Below, piece after piece: positions 48,101 to 61,000 of a stretch of 64,000 nucleotides of DNA. The notes below the pieces were generated by a model. That model worked only from the letters and a program-made list of their open reading frames with translations, searched no databases and had not been told where the DNA came from. The DNA is from Squalus acanthias. Its lineage: Eukaryota. How positions within the stretch are numbered: the first letter of the stretch is position 1; the number at the start of each line of letters is the position of its first letter. The stretch covers positions 97,342,001-97,406,000 of the forward strand of contig CM059432.1 of the NCBI GenBank assembly GCA_030390025.1. The letters run 5' to 3'. Made by a program: the position numbers and the translations under genes.

Positions 48101-50046
48101 TGCACTTTGATTCTTCATTATTGTGACATTAAGATCTGAACTGTAGTGATGTTATTGATGTGTTGTCATCCTTACCCAATAGATTCTGGTACAGGCGACA
48201 AAAACCCAATCCTGTCCGTTCTCTTTCAGCAGCATTTCTGTAATGTTCTGTGTACTGGTGATGACTCTAAATCCTTATTTAAATCCCCTTGAACAGAGTT
48301 CAAGTTGTAGCAACAAGTTGGAAGGCAATGATGAAGAGGAATGAGTTAAATTGAAGTAGATGAGTGAAACTAATGCTCCTTGTCAAACTGTGCACAAGTG
48401 ATCCCAATCCACAGAAACATCATTAGCACCAGAATATATTATACAATTACCAAGGGCTGTCAATGCTCAGTAGCTGATATTGAACAGGTTTAGTGAATTA
48501 GTTAGCAGCGAGCGGCAAGAACGATGCCAGTCAATTTTGACAGATGAGCTTGATGGATTGAACATTTCAGAAATGAGCAGTCTTGAGTTCTTATTTAAAT
48601 CAATTAGGAAAAGAGCAATGTCCAAGAAAGTGATTAAAATAGCTGGAGACCAGATGCAGAACTAAAAAAACAATGCAAGTGGAGCAGAATACTAGAGGAT
48701 AAGCTGAAAAGTAAGCTGCCGGTGAGAAAGGAACAAAAGCCGGGGGGGGGTAAAGATTGTGTGGGCACTTGGGAATGGTTAGAAATCAGCAAGAAAATTG
48801 GTAAAACGCATGTTACAATAAATAATATGTTTGAGGAAAAGGATGAAGAAGTGGTTGAGAAAAAAATTATTTGCAAGTTTGACATCAAAACATTTTAAGA
48901 TTGGAACAAGCAGTGTAGAGAATGTCCAATTCTGTCACGTGGTCTCTCATAGAAAAAATAGTAAACAATATCAAAAATAATAATAGGAAAATAAATTAAC
49001 ATTTAAAGTCTGATCATTTTCAAATTCAGAAAGCTAACAGCTACTTTCCTTGCCTCTGAACTATACTGGCAGCTGAAACATGCTTTCATTTCTGCCTCCA
49101 TACAAAGTATATTCAGCTTCTTGAGACTATTTGAACACCAATGCTATAAGTTGTGATGATGCACAGAAATTTTAATTTTAATTTTATAGAATTCAAGCAG
49201 AATTATTATTAAATCAGATGACTCTCCAATATTCATCTTTCTCATAATTCCAATGTTCAGCCCCTTACTAAGCATGCCAGAAAATCCCACAAATGGCAGA
49301 GACTTGGTGCAACCTGGTCCTTGTTGTTTTCCTGTGGGTTCTACTGGTCTCTCGCCAGAGTGATGGATATTCGGGGTCATGGTTTCTGATAAATATCTTC
49401 ACAAGTACATTTGATTGTTGGTTTATATAATACTGCTGTGGTCCCAGACCAGTAGGACATATACCACAACGCTTTAAAACACAGGGGCCCGTAAATGCCT
49501 GTAGGTCTGCTCCACTGGCACAAGTGCGGTGAAGTGGAACCCCTGCCCACCTTAATACCAGGTCAGCGACTCAGTCCCAAATCCCGGATATGGGGTCATT
49601 GCACGGTCAGGGCAGGCCACCACTTCAAGCAAGGAGGCCTCAGTGGTGCTCTCCCCAAACTGCCCTTGTAAAGCAGAGCAGCCTACAATCACTAGGCCCA
49701 ATGGGGCTGAAAACAAAAGTAACATTTTTAGAGTCTTCAGCTCCCAAAGGAACCATTCACCCTCCAGACAAGGTATTCGATCTCCTCTGGGATCAATTAT
49801 CTTAGTCCAGGTAAGGATTGGTGGGTCCTGAAAGGGACTCATACCAGATTCCAGTAGGGGGTTTGGTAAACAGGGAGGAGGACTGTAAAAGACTTGAGGA
49901 TGACATACACTGGTTAGCAGAATCAGCAGAAGGATGTGGGATGTAATTTAATGAGGAGAAATAAAAGATAATGCATTTTGAGAAGATAAACAAGGAATTG
50001 GAGTATAAGCTCAATGAAAAAATTATGATGGTTGTGGAGAAACAAA

Positions 50047-53000
50047 GGTGCTTAAATTCGATAACCCATGAAAGCAGGCACCAGTTTGTGATGCTCGATT
50101 AACTTACATTCAATGCAATGAAGGCAGCACGGCATCTTGGTGCTACCTGCTCATATACATGATTTCTGCATGCAGTCAATGCTAACTGCGCTGCTGATTA
50201 GCTGCACCCATCAGCAGGGGGCCCCAAATTGTGAGAGGCTAGCATCAGTTAAAGCTAAGCTGTACTGCTTAAATCTAGCCTGCACCTCTTAAAGCGGAGG
50301 TGCATTGTGGCTGGAGCAAGTGGTAAAAGTCTTTCAACAACTGATTCTGAACTGGCAAACACTCAATAATGGCATAACATGCCAGAGAGTGGGCTCCAAG
50401 GTTTTCTGACACTGCACTGGAGGCCTTAGTGGAGGAAGTGGAAAGGAAGACAGAAGTGCTGTATCTACAGGGGGCTAGGAGGCCCTCTAGATACACACTC
50501 AGAAGGCAGTGGGAACAGATAGTCATGGCGGTCAATGCCTGGAGTCAGGCCCTGAGGACCTGGATGCAGTGCCACAAAAATTCAATGATCTCACAAAAGT
50601 GGTCAAGGTCAGTGAATTCATCTTCAAATGCCATATCCTACCAAATGCACCACTAGCCTCAGCCATTGCTCAATGCACCTCACCCCCATCACTCACCTAC
50701 CAACAATCTCTATCAATCAGGACTCATACCTCACATTCATAGCTTCACCTCACCCTCACACACTTAGTACTGCTGCAAGCCCCACACCCACATCTCACAG
50801 CTTGCCCACAGTCAGCTATTCAACATGACAGCCACATCATCCAAACAGATTGCACCACACTCACTGGCACACTTCCCTCTCTCTTGCAGGACATGAGGAC
50901 GCATAACCGGAGGCAGCAGGAGCTAACCAGCGGGGGACAGGCGCGCTTGCTGAGGCCATGGCCAGCGGTGGGTCTGGAACCATAGAAGATGATGGTATCC
51001 TCATACCTAATCCTCCTTCTCACATCCCACTTCCCCCTCATCCCACAATCTCTTCTGATTTACAAGCTGCAGATGATGCAACAAGACAGTGAAGATGAAG
51101 ACACACCGTCACTTGATTTCACACTCACAGCCACTAGCTCATATACTGACACTGCGCAAAATTTAGAGGATAGCATAGACGCAGAATGTGCACATGGTGA
51201 GAAACCAAGCATGAGTGGCCTGCAGCCAGGGCAGGGGGCAAAGGTAGCACAGGGTCCAGCTCGCCGGAGGGCACGAGTTCTGCTGCAGAGGATTCAGATG
51301 AGCGCTTCGATGGGGCAGGCTACAGAAGAAGGCTGATGGGTATGCACAATGAAATACTTGGTGCATTGGGAAGCCTGCCAGAAAGCCTGCGTGGAATGTC
51401 AAAGAGCACGGAGGAGTCTGGCACCAACTTGGCACAGGACTTTGTGCAGAGCTTGGAGCCCATCCTTTCCAGCATGGAAATGGTGGCCAACTCCATTAGC
51501 ACACTTGTGGACCCAACCATGATGCAGCGCCTGATGGCCAATGTCTCAGCTTCCATTGCAGCATGAGCAGAAGCCATCCAATGCCTGGGTGCTGCAGTGG
51601 AAGCTCAGACTTCTGCCATGCAAGTTCACCTTGCTGCCACGCAAACTCACCTTGCTGCCACGCAAGCTCAGACTGCTGCTGCCATCATGGCTTTAGATTC
51701 CAGTGTTCAAAGCAGTTTGCTAGGTGTCACATCTGTATAGCAATCTGTCCCCAACAGATGGCTAGGAATGCTGAGACGCTGCCCCGGAGGAGTGGCAGTG
51801 GCTCTGTTGGGCAAGAACCCGCTGTCCTCTCTCAGGATGACAGCATTCATCCTCCCATCACTGCCACTCCACCAGTGCCCTTGCTGTTGCCTGTCAGCTA
51901 GCCAGCCAGATTGCTGGAGATGTTGTGCAGCATGCAGCAGACTACCACAAACTTGACACCTGCTCTGCCGAGTACTGCAGGGCTCCTCCAGAGCGGTCTA
52001 GGTAGCGGAAACATTGTTTCAGCATGCCAATGGTCTTCTCAATGATATTTTGTGTGGCAGCAAGGCTTTCATTGTATACATGCTGCGCACGTGTGAGTGG
52101 CTTGCGCACCAGAGTCATGAGCCATGTCATCAGCGAATAGCCCTTGTCACCCAGTAGCCACCCTTTGGTTTGCCATTGGTCCGCTCAAATGCAGATGGCA
52201 CAGTGGATTGCCACAGAATGAAGGCATCAGGACTGCTGCCAGGATACCGGGCATTGACCTGCATGATTCACTGCCCATGGTCATACACCAGCTGCATATT
52301 GAGGGAATGGAATCCCCTTCAGTTCTGGTACATGGCAGAGTTGACATGTGGTGCCCGCAAAGCGATGTGCGTGCAGTCAATATTACCCTGCATCATGTGA
52401 AGCCTGCAATTCTAGCGAAGCAGCATGCTCACTCCACCTGCTGCTCTCTGTCAGTTCTATTTGAATAGAGACCCTCAGTCACCTCCCTTACGCAACAGTG
52501 GATGGCAAACTGCGAGATGTTACAAATATCTCCAGCTCCAGCCTAGAAGGAGCGAGACGCATAAAAGTTCATCACCACAGTCACCTTCACAGCCATTGGC
52601 AATGCTGAAGCACAGACATCTCAGACATTGTTCCTCGCTGAAGTTCGGATCGGAGACTTGCTCCCTGAACTCCCTGGGTGGATATGGTCTGCTGTTGAGA
52701 GCTCTTCTCCCCCTCCTCCTCCTCCCTCTTTCACCAGGTTGTCCTGGTCAGCATGGCATCTGTTCATTCTCCAATCATGCTGTATTCCAAAGGGAATTCC
52801 AATGAGTGCACCCATGTCTGTCAGCAAGTGGTTTGTGCAGAGGCCTTAAAGTCAGGAAAAAATCCTTCAGCACCTGCCACATCACTCCCTGTAGACTTTC
52901 GCACATTGAAACAACTATAGAAAGCACCAAACGCTTGTAGAATCATACAAACAGCCAGAAGAAATAAACCAGCAACTAACCTGTAAGTAGTTGAGGATCC

Positions 53001-54944
53001 CTTTAAATAGCACTGGTGGGGGGTCCTTCCTGCTGCTGAATGAGTCTTCAGCTATACGAGCTTAAGAGAGGCCGTTAGCTGGAGCGTTGAGCTTCAAAAT
53101 GGCAGCACTGGCGTCAAATCAGCATTGCACGCTGATTGAGGTCATGATTTGACTGCTCTGTATACTTCCGGCTGTAAGGGTTTCGTGCCTGTGTCTCAGA
53201 CGGTGCTGGTGCGGGGTTAGGCCTTTGTTGCCTAATACTATTGCTTGCTCTGGTCTCCGGCCAGCCTTATTGCAATAAGCACCTGTGAGTGGTTCGACCC
53301 ACTCACTCTTACGGTTCTAACACTGGACTTAGGTGCAGGGAGCAGTAATGCAGAGAAAACTCAAATAGACCCGGTTGAATAGTACGAAATGGAAATCTTT
53401 ATTGCATAGCGTCCAAAATCATGAAGTACATGTCATAGGCGCAAATTAACGAGAGTACAGGTATACATACATTCATAAAGCTTGGTCTATGGTAATGAAG
53501 AACGCACGGCACATCGTAAAAAGGGGAACACATTATACTTTATCCTTAATAAAACCACCCTCACTTATCAATACCTACACTACGTCTAGATTTGTAGGAT
53601 TGGGAAACATGCTCACCACTCGTGTTACTTCGGAGAATTTTAAAATGAGGCACTCGGCTTGTTCGCTGCAGCGCCTGACTGTCACGTGTTTGGAGGGGTC
53701 TCTGTACCCCACTTGTTTATCTTCGCTGCTGCGACAAGCAGGTCCGACTCCCTGTTGTCATGAAGAAGTCGATGGACCCAAACCGGATCGTGCAGTAACC
53801 CGTAGAATTCAAGAAATGAGTTCTGTATTTATATCTTCGGGCGCGGTCGGGTTTTACTGACCGTGGCGGCACGTGGATTCTTCTTCTTTTCTTGTCATTT
53901 CGTCTTGTCTCTTCGGGCCTTCGGGTCCAGACACCGTTTACCGACTCTCGGGGTGGTGCACCCGGTCACTTGGCCTTGTCGAGGCGGCTCGTTCCGATTG
54001 AGCTCCACCCAACATTCGAATAGCCGACCCGTACGGCTAAAAGTCAAGAGTCAACAGAGTCCAGAGAAACACAGAAGGCTGCTCGTCCAGCAGAGCGATA
54101 CCCGAGGACCAGAATAAGAGAATAAGAGATGATTCGAGCGAATAAGCGACTGATGGACATTTGTTCACTATAGTTATAGTGCTGTGTACCCTTATCTCCC
54201 GCTCAAATCTTAATGTTTGTCTTTTGTGTAATATTGGAGCTCAAAACTCCCAGCATGGGGCGGTTGTCTTCTTTAACGGGTTTCGGTAGCACCTGAAACT
54301 GGCCAACTACCCGTTAATGTTTTCCCCATTGTTGACCCAGCCAGGATTGTATGAATCGTCTCCCTGACTGGTTTTGGGGGCCCCCGAATACTGACTTAAT
54401 CACCCGTCAATGTCTCTCTCATTGTAGAGCCGTGGGGGTATTTGTGTATTGATGTGTCTGGATGGGCCTTCGATTGCCCAGTACAATGGTCCTTGCTTGT
54501 GCATGGAAAACGATTCCAGCACTTATATCTTTGCTATTGTCACAAATGCAAACAGGTTGCATCCTGTCTTTATCAGTGTTTATCGAGTATGATCCAATCT
54601 TATATCGAATGTATATTCGATGCCATCTTGTCTGCCCACTGTAATTCTGGAAGCTTCTGTCACGATGCGCAGCGGCCATTTTACAGGCTTCTGTGCCCTT
54701 TATAATCATGACAGCATTTTGTTTAATAAAACTGGTCAAACGAATCTGCCTCTCTCTTGTTATTTTGAATCGCGATAATTGCGAAACTTTACACGGCGGA
54801 TGCTCACTGTTTGCCCTCACCAATATGGCGTTCGGCGCAGTTCGGCCCACAAGTGTGCGTGTACACTGCTGATGCCATTTAGGACCTGTAAGGGCACTTG
54901 TAGCACCCAAGGAAATGAGTGCTACAGATCCGAATATTGCGCTT
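50047..54944. mobile_element. PIF/Harbinger transposon (Myb-like + ~50369-51915; HARBI1-like - ~51915-52815) with central deletion and nested solo LTR
   Basis: EEVERKTEVLYLQGARRPSRYTLRRQWEQI...WMQCHK, LGALGSLPESL...LEPILSSMEMVANSI, and on the minus strand IEKTIGMLKQCFRYLDRSGGALQYS. Colinear with 12444-19609; ends approximate. Confidence 0.8.
53173..54793 (-). mobile_element. Long solo LTR (1621 bp), CpG-rich
   Basis: Termini TGTAAGGGTTTCG...CGAAACTTTACA with 4-bp TSD CGGC (53169-53172, 54794-54797). The flanks rejoin Harbinger sequence. Minus-strand AATAAA at ~53398-53403 and a TATA-like motif at ~53828; orientation is inferred from these. Confidence 0.85.
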
Positions 54945-56101
54945 ATGGAGACCTAAATGTTCAAATACATAATTCCCTGAAAATGCAAATGTAGGTAGCT
55001 AAAGCCATAAAAAGGGCTGGTAACATATAAATGGTGCCATAGTGTACAAGCCCAAAGTGGTAGTGATAAGTTTACCCAAGACAATGGTTAAACCACATTT
55101 AGAGTGCTATGTGCAGTTTTGGATGCCCCATTACAGAAAGACATTAAAGCCATAGATTCACCAGGATAGCATCAAGGATGATAAAATGTAGTTATGAGGA
55201 GAGACTCGAGATACTGGGACTATTTCCACTGGACCAGAAAAATCTAAGAGGAGACTTAATAGAGGTTTTTAAAATTGTGAACAGTTTTGATAGAGTGAAT
55301 AGAAAAAAGGTAATTTCCTCTGGTTACGGAGACAATGTCGAGGGGTCATCAATGTTGAATTGTCACTAAGAGTGAGGAAAGATTAGGATAGATTTCTTTA
55401 CACAGAGAGTTGTTGGTTTATGGAATGCTCAGCCACAAGGAATAGTTGAGGCAAAGATGATTGTATCTTTGAAGGGAAGAGTAAATAAAAATTTGAAGCA
55501 GAGTTACAGGGCCATGGGCAGAGAACAGAAGAGTGCGATTAGTTTAGTGCTCCAGCAAAGACCTCGCATAATGGGCCAAATGGCCATTTATGCCATTTCT
55601 CTCAGGATTCTGCAGTAGATTGGAAGAACATTTGCGGAAATTTCTGGCCTTTTTCTAAGAAAATAAGAGTTTACAAAGTCCATTTTGTCCCTACAGGTTA
55701 TATCACTGCAGGAACATACACACAACAGGTTGACAATGTACCTATCTGTATTGCACACCAGTTCTTTTCGTATCATGCCATTAGTTTCCTGTTAACATGC
55801 CATCATTGAGCTTGTCTATAAATCTGAACATTGGCATGGTTGAGACCATTTAGATTAAGATATCTCTGTTGGCTTAAAATCATGGTAAGTGGCAGGTGGT
55901 GTGTGAGTGCCTACCATCTGTAGCTGGAGCTATACCACAAAAATAATTTACTACTACTGCTGGTCTAGTAAAAGTCATTTGTTGCCAATCTCCTTTTTAA
56001 CTTCTAAGGACTTCAGGGTAGAATATGCATCGAATCATTTTTCTTAAATTATAATATATATATATATATAATTCTATTCAGTTCGAGTCCTAAAACAAAA
56101 T

Positions 56102-56798
56102 GGGGGAAAAATTTGTGATGCTCCCTCTGGGGCGCTAACTTCGCCAGGGCGCTACTTTTAGCGCACTAAAAAAGTTAGTGTCCCTGCGCCGTAAATTCAG
56201 TGGTAGCGCCCCGAGCGGGAGGCGGGGCGCTACTGGCAGCGCTCCCCCTCTTTCCTGGGATGCTACCATTGAATATTGCGGGGCTACGTGCAACAGTGCC
56301 ACGTGCATCGGCATGTAATGCTGTGTTATTGCAGGCCTAGCACTGCGTGCACCGGGGCCCTGCCGGACCACCAGGGAGTGGGGTGCCGGGAAAGCAGCCC
56401 GGCACTCAAGAGGAGTGCCGGGCTGAGGGATCGCGGCTGGCACCCCAAGGAAAAAAGCGGAAGGGGGCAGGTGCTGGCAGACGGACAAAATAAATGGCCG
56501 CCCGGCACCTGCCCTTTAATTTGCGCCACCGCGGCCGCAAATACGCCACCTGACGATAGGTCAGGGGGCACAACCGAAGTTTACGGCTGGAGCACGAGCG
56601 GGGCACTGCGCACGGCGATGATGTCATCACCGGAGGCGCAGCACCGTGTGGCGGTATCGGCTATCGCCGCTGCTTACCTCCCGCTGAATTTCGCGGGAGG
56701 TGTTAGCGGTCCCGCGCCCAGGCGCTAGGGGCTTTGCGCCCTATTAGCGGCCCCCGGGGGTGCTAACAGGAGGCGCAAAGCAACCCAATTTATCCCCC
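56102..56798. mobile_element. Harbinger MITE related to the 22110-24917 family
   Basis: TIR GGGGGAAAAATTTG / CAATTTATCCCCC with TSD AAT (56099-56101, 56799-56801). Subterminal AATTCAGTGGTAGCGCCCCGAGCGGGAGGCGGGGCGCTACTGG matches 22169-22211. Confidence 0.85.
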
Positions 56799-56994
56799 AA
56801 TATTTCCTCTAATTTTTAGGACTCTTCTGCATCCTTTAAGTGGGTTTTGTCCTCTTCTGGTGGTGCTGTGGTCTCTTTGCTCCTGTGGGAGGGACAAATT
56901 CGAGGCTCTATTTTCTAATTGGCAGTAAGTTGGCATAGAAATATTATCAATAGTCATCATATCGTTGCCCTCCAATTATTGTAGTTTAATTGCC

Positions 56995-57495
56995 TAACAA
57001 GGTGATTTACAAGGTTGATACCAGAAATGCAAAGTTATACCCATCAGGAAAAAATTAACAGGCTGGGTCTTTTTTCTCTTGAAAAGAGAAGGCTGAGGGG
57101 TGATCAAATAGAGGTCTTTAAGTTTATGAAGGGTTTTGATAGAGTAGGCACAGAAAGAGTGTTTCCACTTGTGGGGAAGAGCAAAACTAGAAGCCATCAA
57201 TATAAGATAGTCACCAAGAAATCAAATAGGGTATTCAGAAGAAATGTCTTTACCCAGAGAGTGGTAAGAATGTGGAACTCGCTACCACAAGGACTGGTTG
57301 AGGTGACTAGTACAGATGTATTTAAGTGGAAGCTGGACAAGCATATGAGGGAGAAGGGAATAGAGGGTTATGCTGATAGAGTTAGATGAGGAAAGACGGG
57401 AGGAGGCTCGAGTGGAGCATAAACGCCGGCATTGACTGGTTGGGCCGAATGGCCTGTTTCTGTGCTGTAATTCAATGTAATTCTGTGTGTAATTC
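56995..57495 (+). mobile_element. CR1 3' fragment
   Basis: ORF 57015-57389 is nearly the same peptide as 13967-14362, followed by a CR1 UTR and (TGTAATTC)n tail. Confidence 0.9.
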
Positions 57496-58937
57496 AATGT
57501 GATGTGGTTCCGGATGAGTTCACATTCCAGGTCTCCCCGCAATATGGTTTTCTACAGTTACTGCTGAGATTGGTTCAGGTGGTTTTAGCTAAACTGCTAG
57601 ATGTTGTGTTCTGCCTTTGGAAATCTATCTGCTAACCTTAGGGCCAGTGGCTCTAAATTGCTGAGGCTATAGAGGATAGAAAGCCTGATTTCTGCTTGGA
57701 GGAATTCCAGGGTTTGGAGCAGAACCCGGTTATGCCGAGATTCTATCCCATTTACCTATGTTTTTTAAATTCCACCCACCCCTGTGCCCCCCATGACCTC
57801 AAGGGGACATGTCCAAGGGAGCTCCAGGGCCTCCCTTGGAAATTCTACTCTTTATGCCCTTGAAAGGCCTCATTGAAATTCATGCCAGCTGAGAACTGGA
57901 TTGAATCCCTATGAGGACTTCTGAAATGTCCCACCCTTTCCTAGACTAATGTAATAGATTCGGAAAAGGTAAATGGCTCCTCTTTGAGCCAAAGACTGAA
58001 GAATGATCATTTCATTTCTTTGTCCGAGTCGGGGCCCAGGGGAAAGGAGTGGGTGCCGCTGATGTGCCCTTGCAGGCCACAGCCATGCAAATTACCACAT
58101 CACTTCTCTTTGGGATGAGGTCTCTGACCTAGGGCTAGGATGGGTGGGGTTATACTCTGCCTCACTTGCACCAGCAGAATGGACTCCCAGGGATTTCAGG
58201 ATCAATATCTTTAAACAATACACGTTGAGAGAGCAATGTTCTGGATACGGAACTGACATTAAAAATCAACTGCTGGCATGTGATACCAAAATTGACGCCC
58301 TGTGCTGGGAAATAGTTCTAAATGAAAATAAAATAGCAGCTGCAGCTGGTTCACTAAAGAGCTATGCAAGCCAATATTTAATCCTTTAAAATCGTTAAAT
58401 ATTTTCTGTCTCGCCACATGGTTCTTTTTTGCATAATTCCTTTAGGAAAAAATGAAAGCTGAAGCATTGTCAGCATTTTCCTGGTACTTATAAATCACTA
58501 AAAGGAGTAACATGAATACAAAACTCAATGATTTATTGCTTAGAAATGAGGGGGGAGAAATTCGTGTTTGCCAGGAAAGTTGCCGGTGGTGTTAACGGCC
58601 GCTGAAAATGGCCGCAACACTAACGGGACAAAATTTATTTGGGGTGCTGGAGATTGGTAGCGCAGCACTTACCTTCCGTGCAACGCCATCCTGGTGGCGT
58701 TGCTGGAGGCATCTGACCCGAAGTTCCTGTCCCGGTACGGCGTTCGAGCTTTGCACAGCCTCTGGAAGCGAGGCTGTGGAGCTTGCAAGGAATTGTGGGC
58801 AATGAAAAGGCCTGTGAATTAAAGGGGCCATGCACACTGAAGCAATACAAATTAAAATCCAGTGAAAAATGTAGTTTTAGCCCTTCCTGCCTTTCAAAAA
58901 AAATGTAACATTAAAACGAAATCCCAAATGTGAATAT

Positions 58938-59470
58938 AAGAACATTAGAATATAAAAAATAAGAGCAGGAGTAGGCCATACGGCCCCTCGAGCCTGCTCC
59001 ACCATTCAATAAGATCATGGCTGATCATCGACCTCAACTCCACTTTCCCGCCCGAACTCCATATCTCTCGATTCCCCTAGACTCCAAAAATCTATCTATC
59101 TCAGCCTTGAATGTACTCAAAGACTCAGCATTCACAGCCCTCTGGGGCAGAGAATTCCAAAGATTCACAACCCTCTGAGTGAAGAAATTCCTCCTCATCT
59201 CAGTCTTAAATGGCCTACCCCTTATCCTGAGACTATGCTCCCTAGTTCTAGACGCTCCAGCCAGGGGAAACAACCTCTCAGCATCTACCCTGTCAATCCC
59301 CTTCAGAATCTTGTATGTATCAATGAGATTACCTCTCATTCTTCTAAATTCCAGAGAGTATAGGCCCATTCTACACAATCTCTCATCATAGGATAGCCCT
59401 CTCATCCCAGGAATCAATCTAGTGAACCTTTGTTGCACCGCCTCCAAGGCAAGTATATCCTTCCTTAGAT
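58938..59470 (-). mobile_element. CR1 3' fragment nested in Harbinger
   Basis: ORF 59034-59447 (EAVQQRFTRLIPGMRGLSY...) with TSD AATAT at 58933-58937 and 59471-59475. Confidence 0.9.
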
Positions 59471-60624
59471 AATATTCAGCTCTTAAAGCTGAATTCCCTT
59501 CCTAACGTCAAAAAATGGGAAAACTGCCTCAGGACTAACACAAATGGTTCAGCAAGCCAGGGAAGGGGCACCCAGGGTCTCGCACGCAGCACTGCAGCTT
59601 TTGCGTACGGGGCTCAACACTGGAAGAGAGGTCCTCTGCCCACAAGGGCCACGAGACCCTCCAGAAGAAGGATGTGGGACCAGATCACCAAAACCGTCAC
59701 TGCCAGCAGTGTCGCCCCCACCACCTGGCTCTAGTACCCAAAGAAGCTTCATGACCTCAGACCACTGGTCAAGGTCAGTGAATGCATCTTCAAAAGCCGT
59801 CTCCTACCAACTGAATCTAATAGCCTCTCGCACTTCTCAATGCATGACCCCCAATCACTCACCTACCAACAATCTGCACCAATCACGAGGCACATCTCCC
59901 ATTCCTAGCCTCACCTCATTCCCTTGGAGGAGGCGGTGCTGGCCATTCTTGGCAGGGGCATGGCTGAGCCCTTGGCCAATGGCGGGCCTGAAAGAATACA
60001 ATATGCGGGTATCCTCATATGTTGTCCTCCTTCTGGCATGCACCTCTTACTTTCCCGCCCTCCCCTCACCACAACTCCACCCTTGTGCCTTCCTCATTTC
60101 ACACACCCAAGAAATGCATCCTGCCCAGCCAGTGGGTGACCACGAAGAGGGAGAGGAGAGTGAAGAAGAACAAGAAGATTGATTTGACACTCCCAGCCAC
60201 CAGGTCCGCAAGGTCAACCAGCAAGGCCATTTGCAGTGTCCCCCATTGAAAGTCAGCAGCCTTCCACCAGCCATGCTGCAGCCACTGAGGTAGCACTATG
60301 TGACATCAGTAGCATAGGCAAAAGCACACACGAGACAGTCACTAAGAGAATGCATCAGGGTGATAAGTTGATTTCTTGATGTTACATTGGATGGATAGAT
60401 GTATATAGTTGGATTAGAAAGTTTGCTTTGTGGTGGCTTTTATTTCAGCATTGTGGCCAAGAAGACATTGTGATGGTCAGTAACAGATGGAAGGTAATGT
60501 GTGGGACTAATGTTGAAAGGGGAATTGGAGTTGTGGTCACTGGGACCATCCCGGCTATCCCGGCCACAAAGGGGCTGTCTGGGATGCATCCTTCTGTCTG
60601 CTTCTTCCTCTTCTGCATCTTCCT

Positions 60625-61000
60625 GTGACTGTCTGTGTGGAGTTTGCACATTCTCCCCGTGTCTGCGTGGGTTTCCTCCGGGTGCTCCGGTTTCCTCCCA
60701 CAGTCCAAAAATGTGCGGGTTAGGTTGATTTGGCTATGATAAATTGACCCTTAGTGTTAGGGGGGGATTAAATATGTGGGGTTATGGGGATAGGATGGGA
60801 TATGCTAGGGGGAATTAAATACGTGGGGTTACGGGGATAGGGTGGGATAGGTGCAGGCTCGATGTGGGGATTCTGTGTGAGAAAGCAGGGACAGGGTACT
60901 GGATTTGGATGATCAGCCATGATCGTATTGAATGGTGGAGCAGGCTCGACGGGCCGAATGGCCTACTCCTGCTCCTAGTTTCTATGTTTCTATGTTTCCA
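60625..61000 (+). mobile_element. 5'-truncated V-SINE (HE1-like) with CR1-derived tail
   Basis: V-domain GTGTGGAGTTTGCACATTCTCCCCGTGTCTGCGTGGGTTTCCTCCGGGTGCTCCGGTTTCCTCCCACAGTCCAAA, then GATCAGCCATGATC...GGCCTACTCCTGCTCC and (TTCTATG)n. Confidence 0.85.

Larger units (their letters stand above)
49850..55590 (+). mobile_element. Old CR1 fragment split by a Harbinger element (CR1 parts ~49850-50046 and ~54945-55590)
   Basis: GAGGAGGACTGTAAAAGACTT...GTGGAGAAACAAAGG continues as AGACCTAAATGTTCAAATAC, followed by SYEERLEILGLFPLDQKNLRGDLIEVFK. Confidence 0.7.

Noticed and set aside
48480..48900. Purine-rich coding-like stretch
   Set aside because: Frames are broken, with no motif or splice support.
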